A stretch of 64,000 nucleotides of DNA from Eledone cirrhosa (lineage: Eukaryota), in NCBI GenBank assembly GCA_964016885.1, contig OZ024741.1:371566001-371630000 (forward strand). The letters run 5' to 3'. Below the pieces are notes generated by a model. It was not told the origin of the DNA. It made no database searches and worked only from the letters and a program-made list of their open reading frames with translations. Shown here piece by piece: positions 28,000 through 42,608 of the stretch (position 1 is the stretch's first letter; every line of letters starts with the position of its first letter). Made by a program: the position numbers and the translations under genes.

Positions 28000-28890
<891 letters not shown>

Positions 28891-29641
28891 ATGTATATAT
28901 ATATTATATAATGTATATATATATATATCAGTAAGCTGCTCGTCTGTGTATAAGCTGTTTGTCTGTTCGCCACTCTGTGGACGTGGCAATCTATGATTCC
29001 TTTCAAAATCTAGACGACACATATTCAGTAAGCGAACGACACATGGGAGAGACGTCTGGGAACCAACACTGGGAGTTTCTGTGGAAATCATTAACACAGA
29101 ATTATGTTGCAGTTGGAAAAGTTTCGTTATAAATGAAAATAATCATATTTCTAGTATTGACGCCAATAAGTAGACTGCAGTTCCTCATGCTAGACACAAA
29201 GTCGAAGACTCATCACAAATTACTAAGACGGAAGAAGCATCGGGGGAGAGGGATTATACACACACACACACACGCACGCACACACACTCATACACACACA
29301 CATACATATATATATATATAATTAATAAGTATGGACGAGGTGTCAAATTTTCATTAAGTTAATAAACTATGTAAACATATATATATATATGTAAATATAT
29401 ATATATATTTGTTTATTTATTTATATATACATACATATATATGTGAAATATATGTACACATGTGTACACATATTTTATAACATGCGTTTTAGCATCTTTG
29501 CAAGGCAAAGCCTACTTTCAAAATTTCATATACGCCCGAACGCTTAGGCATTTCACCCCACCCTCCATATATATAAATATATATATATATATACACACAT
29601 ATACTCACACTCACACACACAAGCACACACACACACACATA

Positions 29642-29674
<33 letters not shown>

Positions 29675-29678
<4 letters not shown>

Positions 29679-30091
29679 GATAGCGTAAGGTCTTTTTTTT
29701 AAATTAAACATACGGTATATTATCAAATATACTATACATACATTCATGTATACATCGCTATTTCAGAGCACCAATCCTAATTTTTAATTTTTGCTCGACC
29801 GGCAATCGCTCTGTATAATCAGTTCCTGATTATTACTGGAATTCTATAAGATCCAGCCTCCATAATTTTCGGCAAGGCAGGGAGTACGTTGCTTTGAGGA
29901 ACACCAACAGTGTGAAACAGAATCTGTCAGCTTCTCTCCCTTCTTTGCCGAAAAAAAGAAGTAAGTGACATAGTCACTACTTTAAAATGATAGCGCAAGG
30001 TCTTCAAAATGTTTTAAATTAAACATACGGTATATTGCCAAATATACTATACATACATTCATGTATACATCGCTATTTCAGAGCACCAATC

Positions 30092-30096
<5 letters not shown>
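29675..30096 (+). mobile_element. Retrozyme-like element: ~310-bp monomer, ~1.35 copies, in (TA)n
   Basis: Direct repeats 29675-29781 and 29985-30096 with a hammerhead between them; no ORF. Confidence 0.75.
29866..29954 (+). ncRNA. Type I hammerhead ribozyme (C3U variant) with extended stem I
   Basis: GCT-TTGAGGA-ACAC(caaca)GTGT-GAAA-CAGAATCTG-TC-AGC. Outer helices AGGGAG/CTCCCT and TTTTCGGCAAGG/CTTTGCCGAAAA. Predicted cut after 29928. Confidence 0.75.
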
Positions 30097-30122
<26 letters not shown>

Positions 30123-30255
30123 CCAGAGAGAGAGAGTGTGTGTGTGTGGGTGTGGTAAGAAACTCTCAGGGGAGCTGGACAAGAGAAGATCTTCAGAGAA
30201 GAAACACGCCTTAAGCGAGTTTTTCGGTCCCTAACTTCTCATATATATATATTTT

Positions 30256-31065
30256 TTCAATCACATATATTTTTATTGTTTGACCCGAATTACTTGGTCG
30301 TTTATTTTGGCTGTGCGGATGATTTGTTTAACCACCATCTCAGTGTGTTTGGTCCTTAACGTATGTTGTAGCTCTGATTCATATGAATCATCGAGCGCTT
30401 GCCACACATCTCGGAAGTTGATTTTCGTTAATTCCTGAGCTGAAGTACGATTCTCGCTAATTTATATTTGTATTAATCTCCAGAGTCTAGCTATGGAGCA
30501 GTTAATTTTATTGATTTTTTTTAGTTGCTTCTATTGACTGATGAATAGCTTTGTTATATTTAACCATTCTGTCGAGAGCTTTATTCGATTTGTGATATTT
30601 TTCATTCTCGCAATATTATACACAACTGAATTCATTCGCCTAATATAGGTGTTGCCTCCCTTGCTGAACTCCACGTGGGGTCAGTAATAGTCACACTTAT
30701 GTATAGCATTTGGAGCAAAAACCCGTTGATAACACGGCTTCCTTGTTCAATCATCTTACCAGAAGCCCAACATTCTTTATGTAGGCGGACAGTACCTGAT
30801 TTATGGAGTCGCAGAAACCCAAATACTGGATTTTACCAACAGTCCAGGGTCCGGGTAAATTTTCAATCACATATATTTTTATTGTTTGACCCGAATTACT
30901 TGGTCGTTTATTTTGGCTGTGCGGATGATTTGTTTAACCACCATCTCAGTGTGTTTGGCCCTTAACGTATGTTGTAGCTCTGATTCATATGAATCATCGA
31001 GCGGTTGCCACACATCTCGGAAGTTGATTTTCGTTAATTCCTGAGCTGAAGTACGATTCTCGCTA

Positions 31066-31070
<5 letters not shown>
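30256..31070 (+). mobile_element. ~605-bp monomer element, ~1.35 copies, in (TA)n
   Basis: 30256-30467 is repeated at 30861-31070; diverged homologue of 5576-6261. Confidence 0.8.
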
Positions 31071-31160
<90 letters not shown>

Positions 31161-31180
31161 TATATATATATATATATATA

Positions 31181-32680
31181 ATCCCTCTCCCAGATGCTTA
31201 TTCCTTTTATGATGAAATTTCGACTTTATGTCTGGTACCTGGACGTCGACACCCTGAGTGATTCGGCTAAGTTGGTAGTTGAGGACCTTCTGCTAATCAC
31301 CCCACCTCTAAAGCTCCTCAGACTCGAGATCAACCCATCCAAGTCCGAAGTGATAGATGTTAGCTATGGTGAGGCCGAATGCCACGACGCCGTACTCAGC
31401 ATCCATGTCGTTTTGTGTGGGGCTCGGTCAACGCTCAAAGCGATGCCTGCATTTTCGGTTCTCCAATTCTCTCTAAATTCATATGAGAAAGCCTGGAGAC
31501 CAAGCACGGAGACCTGTTAGGGATGAAGGATAGGTTGCATTACATTGACGTGCACCCGGCGCCCTTCCTTAATTTTTGTTCACGCTGCGCGAGGTGCCTT
31601 GTCACCCTCTCGCAGATCACGTCGGTGTTACCATTCGGCCCTGTGCGGAACACATCAGCAATGTCAGTTTCGACAGCACTGGCCGGCAACAGGCGAAGCT
31701 CCTTGTAAGGTTCTGTGGCCTCGGCCTCCGATCCGTATCAGATCTGGCATTGCATATCTACCTCTCCTCAATCTCCCCCAGTCACATCCTCATCAGCTAG
31801 GTCCTCAGCAAGAGGGTAGAATCTGACCCAAGAACTGGAGCATGCTAGAACCGACTGGACCAGCGAAAGCTATCCGTCCCACAGTATACAAACAACCACC
31901 ATTACTGGGACGAAATCAAGTACAGGTCTACCTTCAGGTGGATCGAGTCTCGCTTGGACCACCACGGCCACGCCTGCATCTGTTCTGCCGCACAGCCAAT
32001 CAGCGGCCCATGGGGCTCAATCCGGTGCCTTCCTCATCAACCGGTACCCTTCTTGATTACGAGTGGACAACGCCTCCCGCCGACATGCCACTCTCAACGA
32101 CATAAGGAGAAGGAGCTTCGACGCAGCCGGCTTCCCTTCACAAATGGAACCAGTAGGCCTCAGCCGTGGTGACGGTAAGAGCCCCGATGGAATTACCCTT
32201 TTCCCTTTCGAAGGAGGTAAATTTCTCATCTGGGACACGACATGCTGTGACACGTTCTCCGCCTCTTAGTCGTCTCGGCCACAAATCCCGGTATCACGGA
32301 TCAAATGCTGAGGACAGGAAGACAAACAAATATCGGAGCTTATCCGGCCACTTGTTCTTTACACCGGTCGCAATTGAGTCCTCATGCGTCCTCGGACCCC
32401 GGAGAGCAGACCTCCTCCGTAAAATCGGATAGACAGCTGCTCGTCTGGAGAAGGAGCCTCGCGAAGTGGGGTGGCTGTAGCAGCGTGTGTCGCTGGCCAT
32501 TGTCCGCGGAAATGCCTTTTCCACTTTGTCCGCGAGGCACAGCCGAAACACAGCTCTGACCTGGGTGTAGAGTCTGTCACCCTCTCCTCTTCTTTTGTCT
32601 AGTAACAAGCACTTTCCCTACTTTTCCTCTCATTTATGGCATTTATAGTCCTTTCCGGTACTGTTTTCTTTTTCTGTATG
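31181..32680 (+). mobile_element. Degenerate CRE-clade RLE non-LTR retrotransposon, 3' part
   Basis: Frameshifted fragments VWYLDVDTL, LEINPSKSE, GLGLRS, RRHATLND..EPVGLSRGDGKSPDGITLFPF..WDTTC, KTNKY..FTPVAIES, QRVSLAIVRGNA. Confidence 0.8.
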
Positions 32681-32724
32681 TCATCTATCTCTCATCTATC
32701 TAGCTATCCATCTATCTATCTATA

Positions 32725-32790
<66 letters not shown>

Positions 32791-32966
32791 GGGTTGTTCT
32801 ATCGACGGGGTATTAAACAACCCATTTGGGGCGCCTCCCCCCTATTGGGGATTTCGATTGTTGAAATTGTTTGTTTTTATATTTTTTACACGACTGTATG
32901 TAAAATCCCCGGCATGTCTTTGTATTGTCCCCTTTTCTTGTTGCGCCCTTGTGGCTAATAAAGAAA
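32791..32966 (+). mobile_element. 3'-end fragment of a Tx1-like element in (TATC)n
   Basis: Homologous to the 38530-38670 3'UTR (CCCTATTG..TGTAAA..GTCCC..GCCCT.GTGGC.AATAAA); (TCTA)n on both sides. Confidence 0.7.
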
Positions 32967-33324
32967 TCTATCTATACATCCATCTATCCATCCATCTATC
33001 CATCCATCCATCCATCTATCTATCTATCTATCGTTGGTAGTGGACGTCTTTCACATCGGCTCTTCGATTTTGGATCACTACTTGGTTATTTGTGAGTGTG
33101 TTATTTGAATTTTCTTATTATTGTTGACTCTAACGCCTCGTCTGGGACTGTAGACGTAGGGTAAATATATTTTCGCCCCTTTTGGGGTGAAAATCTTTAA
33201 TTTAAAATGTTTATTGATATCGTTAAAAACGAGGAAGCCATATTGCAAGCTAACGCCACGCCCACCAAAAAAAGCGAGAAAGAGGGAACAACAATTCAAA
33301 CTATTCAACTACCCCTCCTCTCGA

Positions 33325-34470
33325 ATGGAAAAAAACATTGTTAATTTGAGTGAAAACCCAAATTTTGAAAAAGATGACAGGGAAAAAAATACCACAAAAA
33401 ATGGAATTAATAAAACCAACAACATTGCAACAACAAACAACAATGAACGAAACGAAAACAACAAAGACAGCAAAATTTCTTTTGCCCAAACGGTAAAAAA
33501 AACGATCGAATACAAACCCATAGACATTACTAACGCTAAGCAAAACTTACTAAATGCCAGAAAATACGTATCTTTTGGGGAGGATGGTTCTTTTACGATC
33601 AACTCCCCAGAAGAAGTTCGTCAACAGGCATATAGGAGTACTATAACTTTCAGGACTATATCCAACGCAACAAGAAAACCAGCTCAATTGACAGAAAGTC
33701 AAATTGAGCTGGTTCTGAAAGACATTAAAAAAGACATACTCTTTATTGAAAGAGGAAAGCTTTATGCCAGCATTATGGTCCGAATGAAGGACCAAATGCT
33801 GGCACGAAAATGCTCGGTGGCACCTATAGTGTCACCACAATACACCTTCTTCCACACATATAAAGGAAGAAGAACACAAAGATTAAGAATGTGGAGCTCA
33901 ACGCCAGAAGTAGACATCTGGTCCGTCCTGACAGGATTCACGGACCTAGAAAAGGACATTCTAGTATCAGCAGGTGAGTCCACCAGTGGACTGTTCGGGG
34001 GGGAAAGTCTGGAGGTTCTCATACAGATGACACCAGAGAGAATCGCCGGAATACCCGACCGAGTACTACTGGATGGTCGAACCTTTATTAATATTACGGT
34101 GGAAGGCAGGAGGCCCTCATGTTACCACTGTGCTGGCAGAGGTCACCTGAGGACTTCCTGCCCTCTAATAACAACAAAAAAACCACTGCTACAAACACCA
34201 CAACAACAACAAAAACAACCAGCACCACCACCACAAAAACAACAAAATACACCACCATCACCACCACCACAACGACAACAAAAACCGAACAACACCACCT
34301 CCAGCACCACCGCCACAACAACAACAAAAACAAAGGAGCACGAAACAAATCAGTCACACCCACCCACCCCACACAGAAAACAATCAAAAATACACACACC
34401 AACACAACACTACCACAGAATATCCCCTACCCCTGAACACGGACGAAAATCTCCTTACATCGGAGCATAG
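33325..34470 (+). CDS. ORF1 (gag-like) of the Tx1/L1-like element
   Basis: CYHCAGRGHLRTSC CCHC knuckle and P/Q/T-rich tail; probably frameshifted and continuing to ~34890. Confidence 0.75.
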   Translation: MEKNIVNLSENPNFEKDDREKNTTKNGINKTNNIATTNNNERNENNKDSKISFAQTVKKTIEYKPIDITNAKQNLLNARKYVSFGEDGSFTINSPEEVRQQAYRSTITFRTISNATRKPAQLTESQIELVLKDIKKDILFIERGKLYASIMVRMKDQMLARKCSVAPIVSPQYTFFHTYKGRRTQRLRMWSSTPEVDIWSVLTGFTDLEKDILVSAGESTSGLFGGESLEVLIQMTPERIAGIPDRVLLDGRTFINITVEGRRPSCYHCAGRGHLRTSCPLITTKKPLLQTPQQQQKQPAPPPQKQQNTPPSPPPQRQQKPNNTTSSTTATTTTKTKEHETNQSHPPTPHRKQSKIHTPTQHYHRISPTPEHGRKSPYIGA

Positions 34471-35008
34471 CGAAAATGAAGAGCCGTTCAGACCAGTAAA
34501 AAGGAAAAAAAGGAAACATACCACTAACAGAAACCAAACAAACACAGAAGAAACCAACACAACACAAAGCACCCCTCCCCATTACACAACACTAACAGCG
34601 TCACAGAAAAAAACATTACAGTACACTTACATCAACAAACAAAACAAAAAACTGCTCAATATAATAAACAGCACCGAAGGGCCAAATTTTAAGACAGTGG
34701 ATGACTCTCCACACCTCAAAATGATAAAGGTCCCCATGAACCTTTATCAAACTTTAAAAAACGTTTATAAAGAGGACGTGGGGCCCCCCTGTAACAAACC
34801 GTTTAACCGCGTCCTCTTAAAAGGTTACCCACCCACCCTCCTCAGACACCCACACGACTCCAAATACCCCAACCCCACCACACACTAATACCTCCACACC
34901 ACCACAAACCACCACCCCACCCAATAACCCCTCCACCACCTCCATGGAAACTGAACAGCCCGGACCTCGGGACGCAGAGAGGTAAGTGCCTCTTTCTTTA
35001 CCACCAAC

Positions 35009-38000
35009 ATGGCTGTGTTAAGAGTAGGTTGTCTAAATGCGCGTGGCTTGGGCTCACCTTGGAAGCATGCTAAACTTCTAAATGACCTCAGGTCACGAGG
35101 TATAAATGTGATGGTTATTTGCGAGGCCCGGATCAGCAGCGTGCAACAACTATCCCCCACCTTTGATGACTTTGAGATGCACGCATCTCTCTGTCAGCCC
35201 TGAGGTGGGGGTGGGGTTGTCGTTCTGCTGCAAAAACATCTGGGCCTCGCTACACAGACGGTACACTTGGACCCGGAGGGTCGACTAGTGGTTCTGGACC
35301 TTGGCAGTGGTAAAGGCGAAGCTTTTAGGCTGGTCGCCGTTTACGCCCCTTTTGGGGCAATGCGGTCGGACTTCTTCCATCGTCTGGAGACTTTTCTAGG
35401 GACGTCCCGCTCCTTGCTTTTAGTGGGGGACTGGAATGGTATCCTAGATGCACGTTGGGACTATGTAGGGGCATGTCCGATAGAGGGGGTGTAACAACCT
35501 CAAGGGGTTAATCGGCCGATTTGACCTGGCCGATAGATATCGACTAGATTTTCCGACTGTGCCAACCTGGACTTGGACAAACCATAGCGGTCAATCTAGA
35601 TCGTACCTAGATAGGTTCTTAGTTAGAATTAAGGATAGGGACTTTTTAAGTTGTCCAGAAATGCTCATGGTGGGCTATTCAGACGACAAGTTAGTGACCT
35701 ACCTAGTCCACCTTGATAGAACGCATAGCCAGGGACCCGGTTACTGGAAGCTCAACTTGTCCTTACCGGCAAGTAGAGCTTACAGGGACCGGATTAGAAC
35801 CTTAGTTAAGGAGCGGTTGACGGGCGCCATCGTCAACAGCAGGTGGTGGGGCTCTCTGAAAAGAGAGACTAGAGTAGTTTCAATAGGAGTTAGTAAGGAG
35901 TTAGCCTCAGATAGAAATAGGAAGGAAAGGGAGTTGATAGTTAATGTTGAAGAGGCAATGAGAAGCGGCAACGTGTCCAGAGTGCAAGCGTCGAGAACGG
36001 CCTTGAGCCAGTTCTTCGACGCGAAACACGAAGGCTGCGTTGTCCGAAGCAAAATACGTGCTCTGGGAAACGAGGGGACCAAAGCTGTTAGCTGGGCCCG
36101 CGTGACAGAAGCCAAAAGTGGGATTAGATCCACTATCCGGTCTTTGCAAGACCAGGATGGACGGGTGATCCTTGAACCTAAGCAAATGTGCGAGGCCTTT
36201 CAAAGGCACTTTGCCCGATTGTTCGGGAGGGGCGGGGGGCCGGTTGGAGATGTGGATTTCGGTCCATACCTCGACGGCCTGCCGCGTCTTTCAGACAAGG
36301 AGGCGAGGTCCTGCGACGGGCCGATTATCAGCTGCTGAAATAGGGGACGTGCTGAGCCTATGTGGCAAACGCAAATCTCCAGGGCTCGATGGTCTGCCCT
36401 ACGAACTATATATTAATATGCCGGACTTGTTCCCCGATCTCCTCGAGGCGGTCTACTGCAACTGGCAACAGAACGGGAGAATTCCCTGTTCTGTGACCAA
36501 GGGCGTAGTCTCACTAGTGAGGAAGGACGAGAACAAGGAGGATGACATTAGTAATTTTAGGCCCATAACTCTGCTAAATGCAGAGTTAAAGATTTTGGCA
36601 ACGGTGTTAGCGAAGAGGTTGGCGCTTGTCGTGGGGGGCCTGGTGGGAGATGCATAGACATGCGCTATCCCGTCCAGGTCCATCCACGACAACCTCCACC
36701 TCATGCGATACATCATAGAGAGGGTTGGGAACGAACCCGGCTTTGGTGGGGCCATGATAAATTTAGATCAGTCTAAAGCTTTCGATAGGGTAGACCATGG
36801 TTACCTGAATGCGGTGCTAGCGGCGGCTGGTTTCGGACCCGTTTTCAGGAGCTGGATCACTGCTATGCACAGCAGCCGCATCTGCTCTAGAGTCAAGGTG
36901 AACGGCTACCTCTCGGAGCCGTTCAAAATCACCCGCTCCATCCGACAGGGGTGCCCTCTCTCCTCCCTTTTGTTTGTATTGGCTCTCGAGCCACTATTGC
37001 GGAAGTTGGAGTTGTTGCAAGGCATCCCTTTGGAACCGGGATTGCGCAAAGCCGTGTCGGCTTACGCCGATGACGTAACAGTAATGGTCTCGACCACCGC
37101 GGAAATCGAGGCAATCGGCACCTTACTGGAGGAGTACGAAAGGTTGACAGGGGCTAAGCTGAACCGGGACAAGTCAGTCGCTTTGCAACTCGGCGAGTGG
37201 AGGGGCAAACCGATGTCGTCCGACTGTATCGTCGGACGGTGGACGGAGGGCCCGGTGAAGTTGCTTGGGGTCTGGTTCGGACCGGACCTCCAGGTGGAGA
37301 AAAACTGGGGTGAGGTGACGAATAGGATGCTTGGGCCGAGTGCAAACTATCCCTGAAAGGTCGGGCGGAGGTGGCGAACGCTTACATAGCGTCCGTCATC
37401 TATTACCGCTTGACTGTCGTGCCTTGCCCGGGTGAGATCCTCGCTAAAATGGAGCGCGCTCTCTTTCACTTCCTTTGGAAGAAGAGGTCTCCCCTGGTGA
37501 GGAGATCCATCTGCTGTCAACACCCTTTGAAAGGAGGGCTGGGGATGCCGTGGCTAAAAATGCGTAAACACGCATTGAGGCTACGGCACCTCCAGGTATT
37601 CCTCACCGGTCAGCCGGTGTGGGCCCCGTTTGTGAGGCGAGCCTTCCCTAGGCTCGTTTCGCTCACCAAGCTGCAGTCCTGAGTGAAGCAAAGACCGAAA
37701 AAACTGGGCGACTGGCACACCGAGTGTGCCCAGGCGCTCACGGCTCTCTGGCAGGCGGACCCGGCTATCGGTGGAGACTCCACCTCGTCATTCTATAGAG
37801 GGCTGGTGGTTAGCAGGTGCGACGACGCCCTTGGAGAAACCCTAGGCATGGAGGAGGACGAACTGGCCAGCCTATTCGGTAGGACTTTCGGCCCGGGACC
37901 TATGGACAACTTCCAGAAGTCCTTGACCTGGCAGTGCTACCGAGGGGCTCTGCCCGTTCGGGATAAGCTCTACAGAAACGGGCGCCCGGGTAGGGACTCC

Positions 38001-38480
38001 TCGAAAAAGATCTGTCCCAGATGCGTGCGCGACGAGGAAACCGTCGCGCACGCATTGGTACACTGCCCGGGGGTTACCGATCTGTGGGGCTATGTCGAAC
38101 AACTGCTGTCACGGGTGGGACCAATTAGGTTGACCACCGAGTCCATTGTAACGACCAAGCCGCCTCCCCCCTTCAAAAATGAAGGAGAGGTGGTCTTCCT
38201 ATGTGTAATAGCCATGGTAAAAGAGGTTGTATGGTGGACGCGTCTAAAAGGGCTGAGGTCGGACACCTTTCTTTCCGGCCAACAACTGGTCCTTTTCTTC
38301 CGATACCATTTCGGAAGAAGGATCAGGATGGAGAGAGAGGTGCTCCACCCCAGCCAGTTTTATGAAAGGTGGGTGAAAGTTGCGAGAATGGCCCGTGTGA
38401 ATGGGCCTTCTCTCTATATCAGCCTGAAGGTGGAAAAGGATGAAGGAAGAAGGGAGCACCCTCTCTTTGTGCTCCCGTAG
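35009..38480 (+). pseudogene. ORF2 (APE endonuclease plus RT), disrupted
   Basis: LNARGL, VAVYAP, GDWN, SYLDR, KSPGLDGLP, FRPITLLN, DQSKAFDRV, RQGCPLS, AYADD, CPRC..ETVAHALVHC; several stops and frameshifts. Confidence 0.9.
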
Positions 38481-38671
38481 AGAAGGGTCGCACATTTTTT
38501 TTCGGGGGTGTGTGTGACCCCAAAACGATCCCTCCCTATTGAGGACCTTTTTGTTATAATTTTATTTATTACATTTTTTTTTACTCGATTTCTATGTAAA
38601 CCCCCACCCCCACACCCACCCCATGTATATGTCCCTTTCTTTTGTGCCCTCGTGGCAAATAAATAAAAATT

Positions 38672-38704
<33 letters not shown>

Positions 38705-39542
38705 CTCCTCCCTCTCTCTCTTTCTATACATATATATAGAGAGGGAGAGAGAATTCTGATGAAAATCATCAAGATTTCTCTGATGATTACCTACGAATGA
38801 AACAGCTGTAGTCCTGTAGAAGTCATTTTTATAATAAATATGAATATGTAGTATATGTATATGCTCCTGGATCCTTTTTGGCGAGGGGTGTCTACAAATC
38901 CGGGTGACATTATCCGTCTTTCATCTACCTTTGCTCAGTCGCTCCCTGAAGATTCTTCTTCCACGCGAAACAAATATCTTGGGAATTGAACCACTCAAGA
39001 GAGGAAAGCCCTAAAAAAAATAAATATTGAAAAGTGATGGACAATCCTGTATTTAACATTTACAAAATAATACACTTCTAAAGTAGGGTCTATTTGATCT
39101 TTATTAATCCCTTTAGAATTCTTAAAATGCCTATATAGAATACCTGAACCACGTATAATATGCATGTGTAGGGGCACCGTATTGACATATGGCATTTCTA
39201 GAGCATTTTTATATCTGGCGGAGGCCATCTCCTCCAGAGATCTGAATACAGCAGATTTCTTCCAGAGAAGGAAAGCGAGTGAGAGAATTAAAGTGAGAAA
39301 GAGATATAGAGGAAGAATCAACCCTAGTACACCACTGGTAATTTTTTTATCGACCTCAAATGGATGAAATGGAAAGTTGACCTCAGTGGGATTTTAAATC
39401 AGAGTGCAGAGAGCCGAAACGAATACTGCAAAGCATTCTATCCGATGTTCTAACGACTCTGCCAATACGCCGCAAGATAAAACATCGAAATAAGTAAGGA
39501 AAATTCGTAGATATTTAGAGTCAAAACAATCCAGATACAATT

Positions 39543-39638
39543 CGTATTAAATACTCCGTAATAAATACCGTATTAAATACTCCGTAATAAATACCGTATT
39601 AAATACTCCGTAATAAATACCGTATTAAATACTCCGTA
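39543..39638. repeat. 26-bp tandem repeat (two 13-bp subunits)
   Basis: CGTATTAAATACTCCGTAATAAATAC at 39543, 39569, 39595 and 39621. Confidence 0.85.
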
Positions 39639-39844
39639 ACAATGTATAGAGAGAAATTAAGAGAAGAAAAATATAGGATGTAATTGTATTTCACAGTTTA
39701 AAAAATAGCCGGATAAATGGTCTGATAACGGAATATTTATATATAATCACATAAAATAGATAATTGCTTTATTTTATAGAAATCGTAAGTATTTATCTAC
39801 TGAATCTGATACTCCACTACCATTTTTATTATTAATAACTGTAG

Positions 39845-40745
39845 GGCGCTGGATTGGCAGTATCGGTAGAGGTGTTGGACGCCATGCTTTGCAGCATAGA
39901 GTTATGGCACTTTACTGACTGAGTTCAAATTCCACCGAGGTTAACTTAGCTTTTCGTCCTTACGGGGTCGATAAAATAAAGTACCAGTAATGCACTGAGG
40001 TAATTGCTGGCCTTGTGCCAAAAGTAGAAACAATTATTTATAATTGTTTCAGGGCGGTGGATTGGCCGTATCGGTAGAGGATCGGATGCCATGCTTTGCA
40101 GCATAGAGTTACGACCCTTTATGTTTCTACTTTTGCCACAAGGCCAACACCCAGTACGTTACTAATACTTCATTTTATCCACCTCGTAAGAATAAAAACC
40201 AAATCAAATCTTGGCAGGATTTGAGCTCAGAACGTAAAGTGCCGTTGTTATATGCCACAATGCATGCTGTCCAACGCTCTACCGATACTGCCAATCGATC
40301 ACCCTTTTTTATTACTAATAATGATTTCTTATATAGGCACAAGGCCAGCAATTATGGGGGAGGGAAAGTCGATTAAATCGACCCCAATGCATGTCTGGTA
40401 CTTTATGTTATCGACTCCGTAAGGATGAAAGGCAAAGTTAATCTCGGTGGGATTTGAACTCAGATCATAAAGGGCCGTAACTCTATGCTGCAAAGCATGG
40501 TGTCCGATCCTCTACCGATACTGCCAATCCATCAGCCCTTTTATTACTAATAACGGTTTCTAATTAAGGTATTTGGGTAAAGGGGAAATTGATTATCCCG
40601 ATCATAGTACTTGACTCGTACTTTATTTTATCGATCCCAGAAAGTATGAAAGCCAAAGTCAACCGCGGAAAGATCTGAACTGAGAACGTAAAGAGCTGTA
40701 GATACAAAGTATTTTGTCTGACTTTCTAACAATGCTGCCAATCCA
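39845..40745. mobile_element. Cluster of tRNA-derived Nin-domain SINEs in both orientations
   Basis: + copies ~39845-40040 and ~40050-40120; - copies ~40125-40300, ~40325-40520 and ~40555-40745. A/B boxes and GGGGTCGATAAA core. Confidence 0.85.
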
Positions 40746-42608
40746 CGAATATAAATAATACTATGTCCATCGACACTGTAGTAGTAGTAGTAGTAGCAGT
40801 AGCAGTAGCAGTAGTAGTAGTAGTGGGATAAAGAGGAGGGGGTAAAGAGCGGAAGGGGGAAGAGGGGTGGGGGGTAAAGAGGAGAAGGAGGAAGAGGAGG
40901 GGCTAAAGAGGAGAAAGGGGAGGAGGAAGAAGAAGAAGAGGGGGGAGGGGGTAGGAGGAATTATTTTAGACGTGTATTAAATAGCATCCCGGTGGTGTGT
41001 TATTTGTATTTATGTTATCGATGCCGGAGGGATATAAGACAAGAAAAACGACCTCGACAGTATTTGAACTCCAAACGTAGTGTGAGGCGTAAATAAACAC
41101 TGCAAAACATTTTAGTCAAGCACTTTACCAGTTCAATTGCCCACAGTTACGCCTTGATATCACTCATAGTCCTTAACAATTTCATATTAATATTATTATT
41201 ATTATTTTATTATTATTGTTGTTGTTGTCGTTGTAGTATTTGCCACCCAAATAGATGGTGAAACTGCCCTACACCCATCCATTTCCATTGTTTTATTGAC
41301 AATATCCTGAATATGACTTTGCTCAAAAAAACAGATTTTCTCAACGCCTTTAATTGTGTGAACTGCGATATATTTTAACTGAGATGTCAAATATTTTCCT
41401 GACATTTATCCGGATGCATTCTTAGCCTGTCACAATGAGTTAACCCTTTCATACAGAAATATAGAAACAGAAAGAAAGAAAGAAAGAAAGAAATATAAAT
41501 ATCTCATACAATTTTTTGTGTTCATATGAATAAATTTTATTTCAAAATAAATATATTCCTAGGATAAAATTACATAAAAATGATAAATAATTTAATATTT
41601 AGTCATACCATTATGGTACAATTGTTTCAAACCTACAGTTTGACAAATGTGTCCGAACGCGGAAGAACCGAACTCCAACTGTCATCGCCTACATCTCTCT
41701 CCCCCTCCCCATCTCTCTGAATAATGAGTAAATGGAGTCCCGCGTGCTGGCCGCCACATAGCCCCCGGCGGACAGAATGGAGAAGGCGTTTCCCAGGAGG
41801 ATGGTAAGGGAGATGCGCTGGAAAAGAGATGTTTTTATGTAAAATTACATAAAAACAATAAAGAATTTAATATAGAGTTAAACATATAGAAAAAGAAATT
41901 GGCGAATAGGTAGAGACGTTAGAACGTCGGATAGAATGCTTTATGGTAGGCATGTCAAACTGAGGGTCCCCCGAGAGCTACATGGGTCATATACGTGTTG
42001 TCTCAGGGCCACACATGACAACTAATTGCGCTCATTACAACTAATTTGTTATACTTTATATTACGAAGATAAAACATGCTCGCGCTATAAAAACCTTTGT
42101 GCGGGCCGGGCAGGAGTACTTCTAAAGGGTCGCATGCGGTGGTATTCGTTCCGGCTCTCCGCTCTCTGAGTTTAAATCCCATCGAAGCCAACTTTGCCTT
42201 TCATCCTTTCGGTGTCGATAAAAAAGTACCAGTCAAGCACTGATGTCGATTCTTCCTCTATATCTCTTTCTCATTTCCTCTCTCACTTTGTATCTTTCTC
42301 TGGAAGAAATCTGCTGTGTTCAGGCCTGGAGAAGGTTGGGCTCCGCCAGGCTTAAAATTCCATAGAAACGCCGTATGACGCCCTACTACTCTATGAGGAG
42401 TGACGGGACCATACATACATAGAAAAAGAAAGCAGCTAATCAACATTCTTCTCAAATACAATTTGGTTTGATATTATCTCCCCTGGGTCCTTAAGAATAA
42501 AATATTTTTCTTCTCTGTTGTCTTATTCTTCAATTTTATTTCCCATAACCTTCTAAACACGAACAGGTTTTGTGTTTCGGATACCTAAATATGGAATATT
42601 ACGAGATA

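Larger units (their letters stand above)
33033..38670 (+). mobile_element. Near full-length Tx1/L1-group LINE in (TATC)n, inactivated
   Basis: 5'UTR, ORF1 with zinc knuckle, ORF2 with APE, RT and Cys-rich end, AATAAA 3' end; (TCTA)n on both sides. Confidence 0.9.

Noticed and set aside
30185-30240. GAAA-stem-TC followed by CTGAAGA on the - strand
   Set aside because: The order and pairing do not give a closed three-way junction.
30539-30590. CTGATGA inside the 605-bp monomer
   Set aside because: No GAAA partner, and the homologue reads CTGATTA.
39845-40040. tRNA genes suggested by A/B boxes
   Set aside because: These are SINE heads followed by a shared core and tail, with no complete cloverleaf.
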